The notes under the pieces are model-generated. The model saw only the letters and a list, made by a program, of their open reading frames with translations, did no database searches and was not told the DNA's origin. Source: Protoeuglena noctilucae (Eukaryota). Taken from it: a DNA stretch of 64,000 nucleotides. Each line of letters opens with the position of its first letter. Within the stretch, counting starts at the first letter, position 1. The stretch spans positions 682,001 to 746,000 of the forward strand of contig OY253683.1 of assembly GCA_958009085.1 (NCBI GenBank). The letters are read 5' to 3'. Both the position numbers and the translations under genes were made by a program. Below, piece by piece: positions 12,122 through 24,823 of this stretch.

Positions 12122-15100
12122 ATGGCGAGGAAGCTCCCAGCCAGCCGGCCTCCTGCCAAGGATGTCGATCCTGATCGCGCCGAGTATGATCTGCGGAGCC
12201 TCCGAGCGCCTGCGCTGGTCGGCATCTGGCTCTGGTGAGAGGCGAGAGCCTCACTTGACGTGCCACGACCGATCGCAGAGCTTCATCTATTTCGTCCCGA
12301 TCGATCTCGTGCAGGCTCTTCGTGCGATTGATTCTTCAGACGGTCCTCGCTCGCCTGGTCGTCCCGAAGCTCCTCCGCGACAGCGGCTTCGCGCAACTGG
12401 ACGCGGCGTGCCCCGAGGCCCCTTTGCCAAAGCCCCGATGCGACGCGCCTCGAACTTTCAACCTTGCGCGGCTGCCTCTCACCCCATCCGCGATCTCCGG
12501 GCTCTCTTCTCCCGCCCAGCTCCTCCGCCGGTCGCTCCCGCGCTTGTCGCAGGGCCTGGCCCCCGTCGCTGCAGGCCAGCCCCGCATTCGCGACTTCCAC
12601 GAGGCGTTCCGCGCCCGCCGCACCACTCCCGTCGGTGAGGTAGCCTGGTGTACATCTGCAGATGTGCTCACTATGGATGGAAAGAGTAACACGCACCACT
12701 ACGCACCCTGCCCTCCTCTCGCCCTCTACGCATGCATCCTATGCCCCCCTGGCACGCAGAGGTGGCCGAGACGGCCATCGCCTTCCTCAAAGACTACGAG
12801 CGGCGCGTGGGCCCTGCACGCCGCCAGTCGCTCCTCTGCTCGTGGGATGAGGAGGACATTCGGAAGCAGGCACGCCAGTCCGCTGCCCGGTGGGCTGCGG
12901 TGAGTGAGCTAGACGCAACGGGCTGTGCTGTGAGCGAGTGAGTACTTTCCATGAGCTGTGCAGTGAGTGAGTGAGTGCTACCGATGGCTATGCAGTGAGT
13001 TAGTCGTGGTGGGCTGTGCAGGGAGTCAGAACTGATAACATGCTACGCAGTGAGTGGGCTGTGCAGACTGTGAGTCTTGCTGACCTGTCCTACCCTCCCA
13101 GAGCCGTCCCCTGTCTCTTTTGGACGGCGTCCCCGTGGCAGTGAAGGACGAGTCGGACGTCCAGGGCCACCCCACCTCGCACGGCACGCGGTTCTGGCAG
13201 AGCGACGGAGTGGCAGTCAAGGACAAGGCGAGAGGTGGGGTGGGGTGCTGTTGTTGTTGGTTGGGTGGAGAGCCGTTGTCGCTGGGTGAAGTGCTGTTGG
13301 GTGGTTGGCTGGGGTGCTGTGGTTGGTTGGGTGAAGTGCTGTTGGGTGGGCGCCATGAGATATGTGCAATCTCTCATGTCACGTGCACGCATCGCTTCTT
13401 CATTTCGTCCGCGGATCGCAGGACTCGGCCGTGGCCCTGGCCCTGCGCAGTGCAGGCGCCATCCTACTAGGCAAGGCCAGCATGCATGAGCTGGGCATGG
13501 ACAGCCGTGGCATCAATCCGTGGTTTGGGACGCCCGACAACCCCGCTAAGCCGGGGCACGTGACGGGGGGGTCCAGCAGCGGGTCTGCGGCGGCGGTGGG
13601 GCTGGGGCTGTGGTGAGGGGCGGTTTGGGAGGTGTTGCCAGTGTGGGTGTGGGGCTGTGGTGAGGGACGATGCGGGAGGTGTCAACTTCGCCCATCCAGC
13701 GTTCACTTGCCATCGTCAGCCTTAACGATGGTTAAAGCGGGTAATGCAACTTTTTAAGCCCCCCCGCAGCCCCCTGACGGTCGGCACGGATGGAGGTGGG
13801 TCCATTCGCATCCCCTCGGGGCTGTGTGGGGTGGTGGGATTGAAGACGACGCATGGCAGGCTGTTACAGGAGTCTCGGCCAGACACGAGCGTCGTGGTGC
13901 AGGGGCCCATCGCGGGTGAGGGAGATTGTGAAGTGGTGTTTTTAGTAGTACTGTGAAGGTGCGGGTGCATTGAGGGTGACGATGGTGGCATGAGGGACGA
14001 CAATAGCAGGGGAGGGCGAGTGATGGCAGGCAGTGACCCCACTGGCGCCTATACTGGCACCCGCAGCGTCGGTGGAGGATGCGGCCATTGGCATCGCAGT
14101 CATGGCCGCCTCCGCATCACCCAAGGACGCACCCCGGTACACGCCTCCCTCACTGTGGCGATGCAAGGCACACGCGCCTCTCACTGGGCTGCGGGTCGGG
14201 GTGTACGGGGCGTGGACTGACTCGGCATCGCCTGAAGTGCGGTCCAAGGCTGGGCGGGCGATGGAGGCACTGCGGGAGCTGGGGGCGCGGGAAGTGGAGA
14301 TCCGCATACCCGGTGAGATGAGAGGGGATGGGAGACAACAGGTGAGGGTTGAGCAGGGTTGTGAGTGACAAAGCAATGAGGCACCCCTCGCTTTCACTGC
14401 GCAGAGTTGGAGGCGATGCGCGTGGCGCTGACGGTGGTGTTTGGGATTGAGGCGCTGGCTTTCGTCGAGGTGAGTCAGACACCCTGCGGCCACCCCCACT
14501 GCCGCCCTCACAGCCACCCGCACGGCCACCCTCACTGCCGCCCTCAAAGCCACCCCCACCGCTACCCTTAGAGATCAACAAAGCAATGCCCATCTTTTCA
14601 TCTCTGCAGTCTCTCGGTGGGCTCCAGAAGCGCCTCCCCTGGGTGGACGGCAACACGGCCGCCTGCCTGCTCGCGGCGCACGTGGGCAAATTCAGAGAAC
14701 GATACCTGGACAGGCGAGCGTGGCGTTGATGATACAGTCAGAGCATTGATGCATGTGCACAACCACTCGCCATGGAGACCATTCATTGGCAATGCCTTGA
14801 TAACGCTGCTAACATGCAATCAATCGCACTGGCTCATGGCTGCTGCCCGTCCCACTCCCACTTCGAAGGGCCAATGCGATGCGTGCGAGGGGCACCGTTT
14901 ACCTTGACCGGGTGTTTGAGCGTTGCGACATCGTGCTCACCCCCACCACGCCCATCACCGCGCCCCGCATCCCGACTGGGTCGGAATGGTTCGGGTCCAG
15001 CGATCTCCAGCAAACGGGAGACTTGATGCGGTGAGGGAGTGGGGCTGGTGACGTGAGGGAGTGGGGCTGGTGACGTGAGAGAGTAGCAACGCCTTGCGAC

Positions 15101-15392
15101 ATGCACGTTACTTGCGCAGGCACAGCGCAACATCCATCATGTAGTAACAAACATCCCTGCTCTGTCTCTCCACAGGTACGTCTTCCCAGCCAACTTCCTG
15201 GGCCTCCCCGCCCTGTCTATTAACGCGGGCTTCTCACGAGAGGGTCTGCCCATCGGGGTGCAGCTGATGGGGCCTCATTGGTCGGAGAACGCACTGCTCT
15301 ACGTCGGCGCGTGCCTGGAGGCCCGACTGGCGGATACCGTGCTGCGGGAGAAGCCCCCCTCGTTCGTGCCGCACTGCCGGTACAAACTGTGA
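12122..15392 (+). CDS. FAAH: Amidase-signature enzyme, plant/algal fatty acid amide hydrolase type
   Basis: LDGVPVAVKDE, GKASMHELG, GGSSSGSAAAVG, GTDGGGSIRIPSGLCGVVGLKTT, DIVLTPTT, NFLGLPALS and GLPIGVQLMG; the Lys-Ser-Ser triad motifs are present. Confidence 0.9.
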
Positions 15393-15500
15393 GCGTCGTG
15401 CTGTGAGAGAGCTCCCGTACTTGTTTTCCGTGTTCAGAATCCATTTTTGAACTAGCGTGAGTGAGATAGCTAAGATGTGCACACACTTGTACCGCTGGCC

Positions 15501-17638
15501 TCACTCAGTCTTATGGGCTCTTTCGTCCCCGATTGGATGTTTGGGGTTCGCTGTGCCTGTCATGGCTTGGCTGTGAATTCGAAGTGAGCTGAGACCCGAG
15601 ACGACGCCGGCGGGCAGCGTGAACAGAACGATGCTGCTCAGAGCTGGGAGTGACCAGAAGCAAGGGAACACTGCTGCGTGGGCAGGCGAACTGGGCTCAT
15701 GCAGTCCATGCTGTCTTGGTGCTACCACGTAGCTCATCTACTCTGGCTGTCAGCCCTTGCCTGCGAAGCTCGCAGCGACCAGGGTGTGGCGCGCCGTCCC
15801 AGTCGCCACAGTCAGTGCGGGACGCCCAACGCAGCGCCTCTGTGCATAGCTCAGCTGCGAAGGAAAGAACATGGGCGCTAGGAGTTCGATGGCAACACGT
15901 GTACCCGTGCTCATATGCGACGCACCGTGGGCACTCACACACTCACCCATCGGTCCACCCCCAGTGCCATCCCAGTGACTGCCCCCCACCGTAGCCACTC
16001 CGCAGACCACCCCGTGACGTGGAGACCCACGGACACGACCACGACGGCGGCTGTGCCGTACACGCCACCACCCAGGGGAGAGTAAACGTGCCTGCGGAGC
16101 CAATCGTGCCATGACCGGTGGAACCCTCGCCAAAAAGCAGACACGTCGCCGGTGATGTCCAGATACTGAGGGTCTTCTCGGGGCACTTGGACGCTCCTGC
16201 CAAGGCCTGAGTGGTTCAAGAGGAGAAGGGGCTGTCATGTTGATTGTCGGATGAGCTAACTGTCGGGTGGATAGGATTAGCAGGCTCACAGCACGCTTGC
16301 AAGAGCATATCTCACCGGACATCCGTGCCAGTCCCGCCTGCCAGTCCCACCAGCACTGGGCCTGGCCGAACAGGAAGGCGGCCCCCGTATGAAACAGCAG
16401 CCACCGGCACGCGGCACCGCCAAGCACCCCGACGCCCGCGCTCGCGAGCGTGCTCTCCAGAACCTCGCGGGGCATCGCGAGAAGCAGTGCCGTGCGGGAG
16501 GTGCACGCGAGCCCTGCCATGGCCACAGCACGAAGCACGGCCGTGGTGAGGAGGCATCGTGCTTCGCGCACGTGCTGCTCGGAACGATCCCTGCCGGCGG
16601 CGTCCGCAACGTCTCGAAAGCGAAGGACCGGGCCCATGAGAAAGAGGGGAGCATCGAACAGATATGCACCCAGCAAAGCCCATGACCGATGCACACTTGC
16701 ACAGGAGCGAGCAACATCGCCACCGGCATCGGCACCACTGGGAGACGTGCCATGGGTGCCTTCGTCAATGACCTGTGAGCAGCACTCGCGATCGAATAGA
16801 TAGTCCGCCAGTCGCATGGAGTGGTACCGCAGGGCGACCACGGCGCTGAAGGTTGCGGGTGCCGGGAGTATTGCAGGGAGCAGGGGCTGGCGACGCAGGG
16901 CCAGGAGGGAGGCGACGTGCTGCGGATGACAAGAGAAGGATATGCACATTACTTGGAGCACAGAGCGCAGAGTTGCGTCCTTGGGTAATGCTGCCAGCAG
17001 CCTGGTAGCGGTGTTACCGTGGCGGCTACGACGGCCCACAGCGTCGCGGTGCGTGTTGCACCTGACAGACGGCGGATGGCGCTCGGCACAACGAACGCGA
17101 TGATGGCTGAGGACGAAGATGCAAGGGTCTGTTTACTCGGAGAGCGCAGCCATGGCAGGTGCTGGTGGTGCCTGCCTGCTGCGGCCTCACCTGTGCCGAG
17201 AAAAACGAACGCGTGGCTTCCGTGCAGGACCAGTGTGTGAACGAAGCCAACTATTGCCACCGTCAGCTCCCCGCGAGGCCCCGGCAGTCGGGGAAAGCAG
17301 GCAGCACTCGCGAGCGCAAAGCAGAGCTCGATCGGCGCCGCAAAGAACAGCCATTCGGCGAACCGCTTGGTGACCGGCGCGTTCGGAAGCAGCTTTGCTG
17401 TGATGGAGAGCTGCGGGGGCGCAGCGTGCGGCGCTCGAGGCGCGGCAGGGCCTGATGGCACTACCCCTGCATTCGTTTGCAAATACTCGCCCGCTGGAGC
17501 TCCGCCCACGCTGACTCGTTCGGGCATCCGTGGAGACTCTTCTCGACGGCGATAAGGGATGGGATGGTCGCGACAAAGATGCACAGGAGGTAGGCACGGT
17601 AGAAGCGCGACAGGGAGAGCGGGCCCGGGCTTATACAT
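15501..17638 (-). CDS. MBOAT family membrane-bound O-acyltransferase (GUP1/HHAT-like)
   Basis: Exon near 15950-16190 encodes SAFWRGFHRSWHDWLRRHVYSPLGG...VGLH. Upstream is YLFDAPLFLMGPVLRF, plus several hydrophobic segments. Both ends are approximate. Confidence 0.78.
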
Positions 17639-18036
17639 GCCATGAAGCTGCGCATCGCATCGATAGCGGTGCCAAGCTTCGTGGCTTGATCGGTGCTTTC
17701 AGATAGCAGCGCCCGTAACCATAAAGCCTTGCCGTTCGGCGGCAGGTGTGACGCCGCAAGCAGGCGCGACCAGCACCCTCAAAAGGATCGCATTTTCTAG
17801 GCCCTTCTTCAGCCGTTCCATCACAGCTACTGACATATTGTATCAGTCAGTTCTTCTGCCCGTCTCTGCGTGCAGTTGAGGAGAAACATCGAAAAACCCT
17901 AAAACTTCAGATGCGCGCTGGCCGACAATCCAATGCAGGCTCCGACGTCCCTCACGCTTCCTACAACGCAATTGGAATCAATTTGTACATACGTCTACCG
18001 CCCAGCGTCCCTGACAGCGCTGCGGAGAGGCCGAGG

Positions 18037-18854
18037 ATGGTGAGCGTCACCTTGCCCATACGCTCCGTGGTGGCCCTCGGGTCACTGTTCGGAGGCGCAG
18101 CTATACTATTCGGGATCTATCGAGCTGTTCGCGCAAGGATCCGGATCGCTAAACAGCGCGGACGAGCTGCGTTCCCTGAGGCGCGAGTGCTGACCTCCGG
18201 GGTGAGTCGTGAGCCCCGTGTGCCACAGATTCAGACACTTCACGACAATATCAAGCTGCAGAAGAAACGGCGGCTAGCTTCGTGTAGCCTGTGCGTGAGG
18301 CCGCCCCTGTGAGTGTGTCGACGCCTAGCCACACCTTCCTCTACCGCAGCTGAGCGAAATTTCGACTCGACTGGCGCTTTCGATCACGATACCCAAGAGT
18401 CATCTCCCGGGGACCGAGCTGAGCCCGTGCGGCGCGTCGCCGCTTCGCGAGGTGGGCAAGCGCATCACGAGAGCGCAGTGCAGCTGCCCGGGCGAGTTAA
18501 TCCGATGCGCATATCAATCCCCAACAGCGGCGGTGCATTACCAACGTCTAAGATATGCACCTCGTGACATGAGCAAGCACGTTCGGTCGTCGTGCGCAAT
18601 CGCAGGGCGACGTGAAGGAGTGCGACCTGGAGGCCGGGACCGAAGCCCACCCTTCGCCCAGCACCACTGTCACCAGTGAGGTCCCTTTCAACGCATCCGA
18701 CAGCTTCAGTCCGAAACGCAATACCGCTTTCTACGAGGGCCAGGCAAGGCTTGCTTGTGCCCCACACAGCCTAATCAAGGCAACTGCGCTTGTGCATATC
18801 TGAGCCCAAGCATTTCCTTTTCTGCAGGGCTGCGGGACCTCTACTGTGAGCTGA
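18037..18854 (+). CDS. Small hypothetical single-pass membrane protein
   Basis: MVSVTLPIRSVVALGSLFGGAAILFGIYRAVR (hydrophobic segment then basic residues). Four phase-0 exons can be joined: 18037-18201, 18350-18451, 18606-18743, 18828-18854. Confidence 0.45.
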
Positions 18855-19171
18855 TTGAGTGCGGCACAGGCAGGCCATGCAGGCCATGTTCGCGTCAGGC
18901 CATGCGCACATGCCCGTCCCAGACCGGAGCGGGGCAGTGATGCAAGAGCACCAGGTGACGCACGGTGCGATCTGAAGAGACACTTCTGGCAATGCCGGTA
19001 TCCTATCACTGACTCGCCTGACCCAGCCTTTGCCCCAGCAGATGACAGCCGTAGCAATCCCTCGTTTGACCATCATGACCACAGATTCCGTGCACCCCGC
19101 AGGCTGACCAGAGCTCCCACACACATGAACACTCTTCTGTCGAGTCCGAGTCGCCACCTGTCCCCGCGAGC

Positions 19172-21267
19172 GTGTTCGACGGCGCGGGGTGGCTCCAGCC
19201 GCCGTCTCCCGACACGCCCCACCTCGCCCCGCTCCTCGCTCACTCAAGTTTGGGCCACCCCTCAACCCGCCGGTCTCCTGCCGGCAGCTCCGGTCCTCTC
19301 GACCCGCTCCACGCCATCAGTCCGACGGACCGACCGCTACCCTGGCCCCGTGCCGGCCCCGTGTTGGCAACCGGCACTGACAGGTCGTCCCTCAGTGGCT
19401 CGACCGACCCTTTGACGACGAGCCTCGACAGGGCCACCCATGCTGCAGCGGTCGCCACGGGGGCGCAGCCCTGGACGCCCCAGGCCCTCCGCCGTCGCAC
19501 GACTGTGGTCTCTGGCAGCCACGCCGGGGTGCCAGGATCCGGGCCGTCTGTCGGTGCAGCGGCGGGGACCAGCGTGGGAGACGTGATGTCCCTGGGGATG
19601 ATGCCGGGCCTGGGCGCCCTCAGGGACCCGCCCATGAGTGGCTTGGGCCGTGATCGTGATCGTGACCGTGACCAGATGAGCGATGAGGAGATGCGGAGGA
19701 AGGGACTGGCGGCCCACGCGCGGCTGTGGGACTTCCTCCGGGGCAAGGAGCGTGACTTGCGGAAATGCACTGGTGAGACCTGCCGGGAGTGCTGGCTCTG
19801 CGCTTGAGCTGGGGGGCTTAGGTGCTGACAAGGCCCCTCGTGAGCCCTGCTGTGTTTTGCAACAACCCTTCGCAACTGCCCCGCAGGCTTTCTGCCCAGG
19901 AAGAAGACGGACGAGTCGACCGGCTCCTTCTCGGTGCTCTCCCGGAAGACCACATGGCCGCAGCGGCAGGCATTCAGCAGCGATGATGCGGACGAGGAGG
20001 CGGGGATGGGGGCAGCTCGGTCGACACCCAGCCACAAACCCACCGCTGCGGGGGGCGCAGCCGTGTCACGGTACCTGCAGGCCGCCGCGTGGGTGGCGGC
20101 TGCGGTGGTGGCGGCGCTGGTGTTCGGGTTTGCGAGTTACAAGGTGGCTGCGTGGGCGGTGGGGCGTCAGTCGTCACCGGTGGTGGCCCCCGGCGATGCA
20201 TCGATGGAAAGGGGCTGGAGGAGCTCGATGACGGCCATGTGGCGATCGGTGCGAGACATGAGGGACGTGGCAATGCGGGGCGGCACGGGTGGCATTGGCG
20301 ATGGCTCGCAGGCGGCAGTCCCTTCCAGACCCAAGTGAGGCGCCTGCGATGTGCCATAAATGGTGAATGGTATCTGTAAGGCTTGGATACTTAGTATGAC
20401 GACAGCCTGGCTCCTTGTGCTTGTGATGGTATGTGATCATATCAGCTGCCTTGACACCCTCCCTGAGCCGTTGCCATTCACAGATCCTTGGCCGGGGCAG
20501 TCGACGGCATCCCAAGCATGCCGTGGATCGGGATCCCGAGTGCCGATGCCGGGAAAGACACGACTGAGTCGGTGCCAGAGACGATGGGAGGAGACGGTGG
20601 CAACGGTGCCGGTGTGCAGGGCGCTGTCAGTTTGCGAGGCCTGGGCCGCATCACGGGGCTGACCGACGGAGCAGGGCCACAGGGTTCTGCACCCCAGGGT
20701 TCTTCAGACCAGCCGCTGCCTTCCGTGGGGTCCATCGCACGACGGCACGCCAGCGCGGGTGCCAGAAACGCAGCCCTTGGCGACGCGGCGTCGACGCCTG
20801 CCTATCAATCGGCCTTTGGCGCCGATGAGGGCTCTGGGCTGGGCAGCGCGGGGGCTGAGGCAGCGCCGCCAGTTAGCGGTGACACCAGCGGTGGGGGGCC
20901 TGGTGCGACAAGTGCGGCTGGGGCCGGCATGGCAACGCCCGCGTCGACGTGTGAGGGAGACTCTTGCGAGTCTATCGTGTACAACATGCCCCACAATGCA
21001 CTTGAGCTCCACCTCTACCACCGCGGCCCTGCATCTGCGGGTGACCTGGTGTGGATGGCCCAGCACGCGACCCACGTGAGGGCAGCGGAGCCCGACACAG
21101 CGCAGGCGCGGCGGCTGGGCGAGGAGGGCGGCGGGCAGGGTCTCTCCGGCACTGTCGCGGAGTGCGGGGGCGGGGGCGCTTGCAGCAACGGGGAAGGCGG
21201 GGGCGTGGACAGCCTGGCTGGGCGGCTCCGGGATCGACGCGAGGCCCTGGAGAGGGCGCAGGGCTAA
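19172..21267 (+). CDS. Hypothetical low-complexity protein with one transmembrane helix
   Basis: Long ORFs 19172-19772, 19888-20334 (YLQAAAWVAAAVVAALVFGFASY) and 20484-21267 are separated by GT-AG introns. The start codon was not identified. Confidence 0.5.
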
Positions 21268-22738
21268 GGCGATTGTCCCTCAGTGTTGCCACCCTCTCAT
21301 TTCTTCGGCTTGCCCACGTGGCGTGATCTGCGTTCTAGCCAAGACACTTCCCTTGTTCGTGACTCGCGACATTGCCCCAGCGACAATTTCGTTGTTCGTG
21401 GCGTGTTCCTTTGATCTAGTGGCTGCACCTTCAACGTCACATTCGCCAGGCCTTGCGAGAATGCGCTTAAAGTAAGAGGAAAGAAGAGCGAGCGTCACAT
21501 GGGTGGCCCATGGGGCTGCGGGCCTAGGAGAGACCGTTCTGGGAAGCGCGAGAGGTCGCGGGGCGCGGGCCACCGAAATCGGGCCTGGGGTGGCGCCTGC
21601 GCTCGCACCGGGGTCACAGCGACGGTCCACGACGCCGCCCCGGGCACCGCGGGGTGGGTGGCGGCGCTCGGGCGCGGCCGGGAGCCCAGGCGACAAATCG
21701 GGGCGCCCGCTGCCCACGCGCACTGCCGCACGTGGCACGAGACATGAGACATGAGGAGGGAACCGACAGGGCTACGCATTGGTTGCTGGGCCCGGGGAGC
21801 TGCGCAGGGCGGATGGATGTCTAGGGAGGGAACGCGACGCACGACACACGAGGGAAGGGGAACGATGCTCGCCGGCCCAGGGAGGCTGGGGCGGACGGGA
21901 CAGGGCGCAGCCCAACAGGCCAGCATGCCCCGTCTGCAGGCCGGGCAAGGGCGATCGGGAGGCAAGCGGGTGGGGCAAAGGGGCTGGCATGGGCACGAAC
22001 GGCGCCCGGTGCCCGCATGGGAGCGCGAGTGAAAAGGCGTTGTTGCGGGCATGGGGTTGGGTGCGGCGCGCCGGCCGTGCGCCCAGCGAGTGGGGGTAGG
22101 GCACACCTACGCAACAGAAAGGACGTCGACGAGCGGCGGCGCGAGCAACCCGGCGACAAGCAGGGGCGCCCGCGGAGCTCGGCTGCCTAAGAGCACTGGC
22201 TACATGGCGATGGCGACAGCAGACGGGGCACAGTGCGATCATGGGAATGGAGAGTTGGCTGGGGCTTGTGTGATGACGAGACCCGCAGACACTCCTTGCT
22301 GACGAGGCTGGGGCGTGAGACTGGGGCGGGCGGGCCGCTGCGGAGGTCACCGCGTGGGCTGGCCCGATGGAGAGATGATGCTAGAGAGAGAGAGAAAGGT
22401 TGTGCATGGGACGCAGGCCCATGGCCGCCCATGTGATGCACGGCGCGCTACGACACATGATGGCAAGGCTGCGTCGTGGGCCGCAGTAGGGGGGCCCACA
22501 CGAGCCGAGAGGGTGAGTCTCACACAAGGTCCATCGCCCCAGGCTTGCGGCGCCCCTCAGGCATCCGCCGTGCATGGGAATTGTGACCCTGAGCAAGCAC
22601 CCCTTGTATTGATGCCATGACACCCCTCGGTTGGATGCCACAGCTGTTGGACGAGGGCGCAGCAGACACCGCCACGCCGGCTCTAATATCGTCCGACAGG
22701 TGACGGGCAAAGGACGAGCGTCGGCGGCCCTCGGCGCG

Positions 22739-24823
22739 TCACTGCTCCGTCCGCTCGTCGAGGGGCGGCCATACCGGCCCGCCCCGACGCCCCGCACCGC
22801 CCCCCGCAGGCTCGTCGCCCTGGGTGCGCGTGCTGTCGGAGCTGGGCCGCCAGGCCTTGTGCCGGGCGAGGGCTGCCGTCAGCGCCGCCGCCCCGCCGTC
22901 ACCCCCGGCCCCGTCCCCCCCGAGCGGGCGGCCCCGGTCGGCCGAGTAGCGCTCGCTCCTCCTGTCGTGGTCCACCGACCCCGCCGCCACGCTGTCCATC
23001 GACGGGCGCTCATTGAGCTCCGCCGACCCCAGCTCGGCGGACGGCCGGCGGGGCCCCACGCTGGGCGGCACGGCGTTGAGGGCGACCAGTGCGTCGTACA
23101 TGGCCGCGTGCTCCGCAAGGACTTGCTCGTGCACGCGGCGGAGGCCCAGGTGGTCCAAGGTGAGCTTGTCCAGGCGCTGCGGGGGGCGGGGGGCCAGTGG
23201 GGCCATGAGGGAGGTGTGGTGTGGTGGAGGAGTGGCAGCGAGCGTGGGCGGGGTTGGAGTGGGGTGGGTTGGTGGGGAAGTGGGCTGACCAGAGAGCGTG
23301 CGAGGCCTGGGTCAGGTGTCGGCGTCGGGGGGCGGGAGAGGCTCTCAGAAGTGGGTAACATAAGCTACGCTGCTTGCCTGGGAGACGACGACCAGTTGCT
23401 GGGACGACTTGTTGAGGGCGTCTGCCAAAGCTTCGGACTCTCCCCACAGGGACGCGCGCTCCTGGGTGACGCGGGCATGCTCCGCCTGCAGTGGGGGAGG
23501 TGGGGATGGGTTATACGGGGTCGCACGGGGTCGGGTGGGTGTCACACTCTTATGTGGTCGGGGTCGTCTATGTGGGTCTCACATGTGAAGCACCGGTCGC
23601 CTGCAGCGTGCGCACCATCTGCTCCCGCTAACCAATGCGTGACCATCAAACATTCCCATGAGCATGTCTTGTTTCTCTCACCTGCAGCGTGCGCACCATC
23701 TGCTCCAGCTGCGCGATGCGTGACTCCAGGACTCTCTTGTGCTCGCCCATGGCACGCACGGACGCCTCCGCAGACTGCTTCGCCACCATCGACGCCTGCA
23801 GGCGGGCCTTGTGCTTGGCGGCGCGGGCAGCTGAGGGCAAGCGAGGGGAGTTGACGGAAGAATTGGTGGCAAGGAATCACGAAAAGGGTTACCCTTACTG
23901 GCAGGTGTGGGGTGTGGGGCGTGCGTGGTGCTGCCCCACCCCCCGCCCCGCATCCTCACCCATCACCGCCGCCTCGTTCCTGGCAATCTCGACTTCGGTG
24001 ATCCAGTCAACGTCCGGCGGCGCTGTGGCGCTCCGCGTCTGGCCCGCGCCGGGCGGGGCGTCCAGGGCAGCGGTCGTGGTGGCGAGCCCTTGGGACGCCG
24101 GGGCTCCGAAACCGCTCGCCGGCGTCGGGGGCGGGGTCAGAACTCCGAAACCGCTCGCCGGCGTCGGAGGGGGCGTCGTGGCGCTGAGTTCTCGAGAGGC
24201 CGGCCCCGTGGCGGGCGCGGGGGCCGGCGCGGGGGTGCGGGCTAACGGCGTGGCCCGGGGCATGCTCATGGCCTGCGGCATCGCCCCGGCCTGCGACTGC
24301 GGGTGCGCCTGCGCGTTGCCTGCCCATTGCGGGAGCGCGGCCGACAGCGCGCGGGCGAAGAGGCTGTTCTCCCCGCTCTCGGCTGTTTGCAGCGCCCCCG
24401 GCGCCAGCTGCGGGGCGGACGAGAGCTGGGCGCCTGCGAAGAGGTGCGGAGGGTGTTGCTATCATCGAACGTGTGGCAGCGGGCGGGTCGCGGCGCGGCG
24501 TGCTGTCGCTGGGCGAGCTCACCTGTGGCGCGGGCAGTTAAAGCCGGCGCGGGCGGGGGGCCGGCGGGGGGGCCCGGCATGCGGTCCGGAGGGGCGGAAG
24601 GGAAGGCGCCGATTGGAGGCCACGAAGAAAAGGGCCGATCGAAACCCGGAGGACGCGCGGCGCCATCGAAAGAGTGGGGGCCCGGGAGGACGACGGGGCG
24701 CGGGCCCTGTAAAGCTCCTCCGGGGGGCATCCCAGGCGGAAACGGTGGCCGAGTATCAGAGGAATTGGCAAAGTGCATCTGCGCGGGCCGCCCCGGCAGG
24801 CCCGCCCCGCGGTCCGACGCCAT
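22739..24823 (-). CDS. Hypothetical protein with a Pro-rich N-terminus and a central coiled coil
   Basis: Exons with canonical GTGAG donors encode MASDRGAG..., DWITEVEIARNEAAVM, KHKARLQASM...LEQMVRTLQ, AEHARVTQERASLW and RLDKLTLDHLGL...DERTEQ*. Confidence 0.6.

Noticed and set aside
21300..22700. Overlapping short ORFs in an intergenic stretch
   Set aside because: No domain motifs or consistent splice structure; likely UTR or intergenic DNA.
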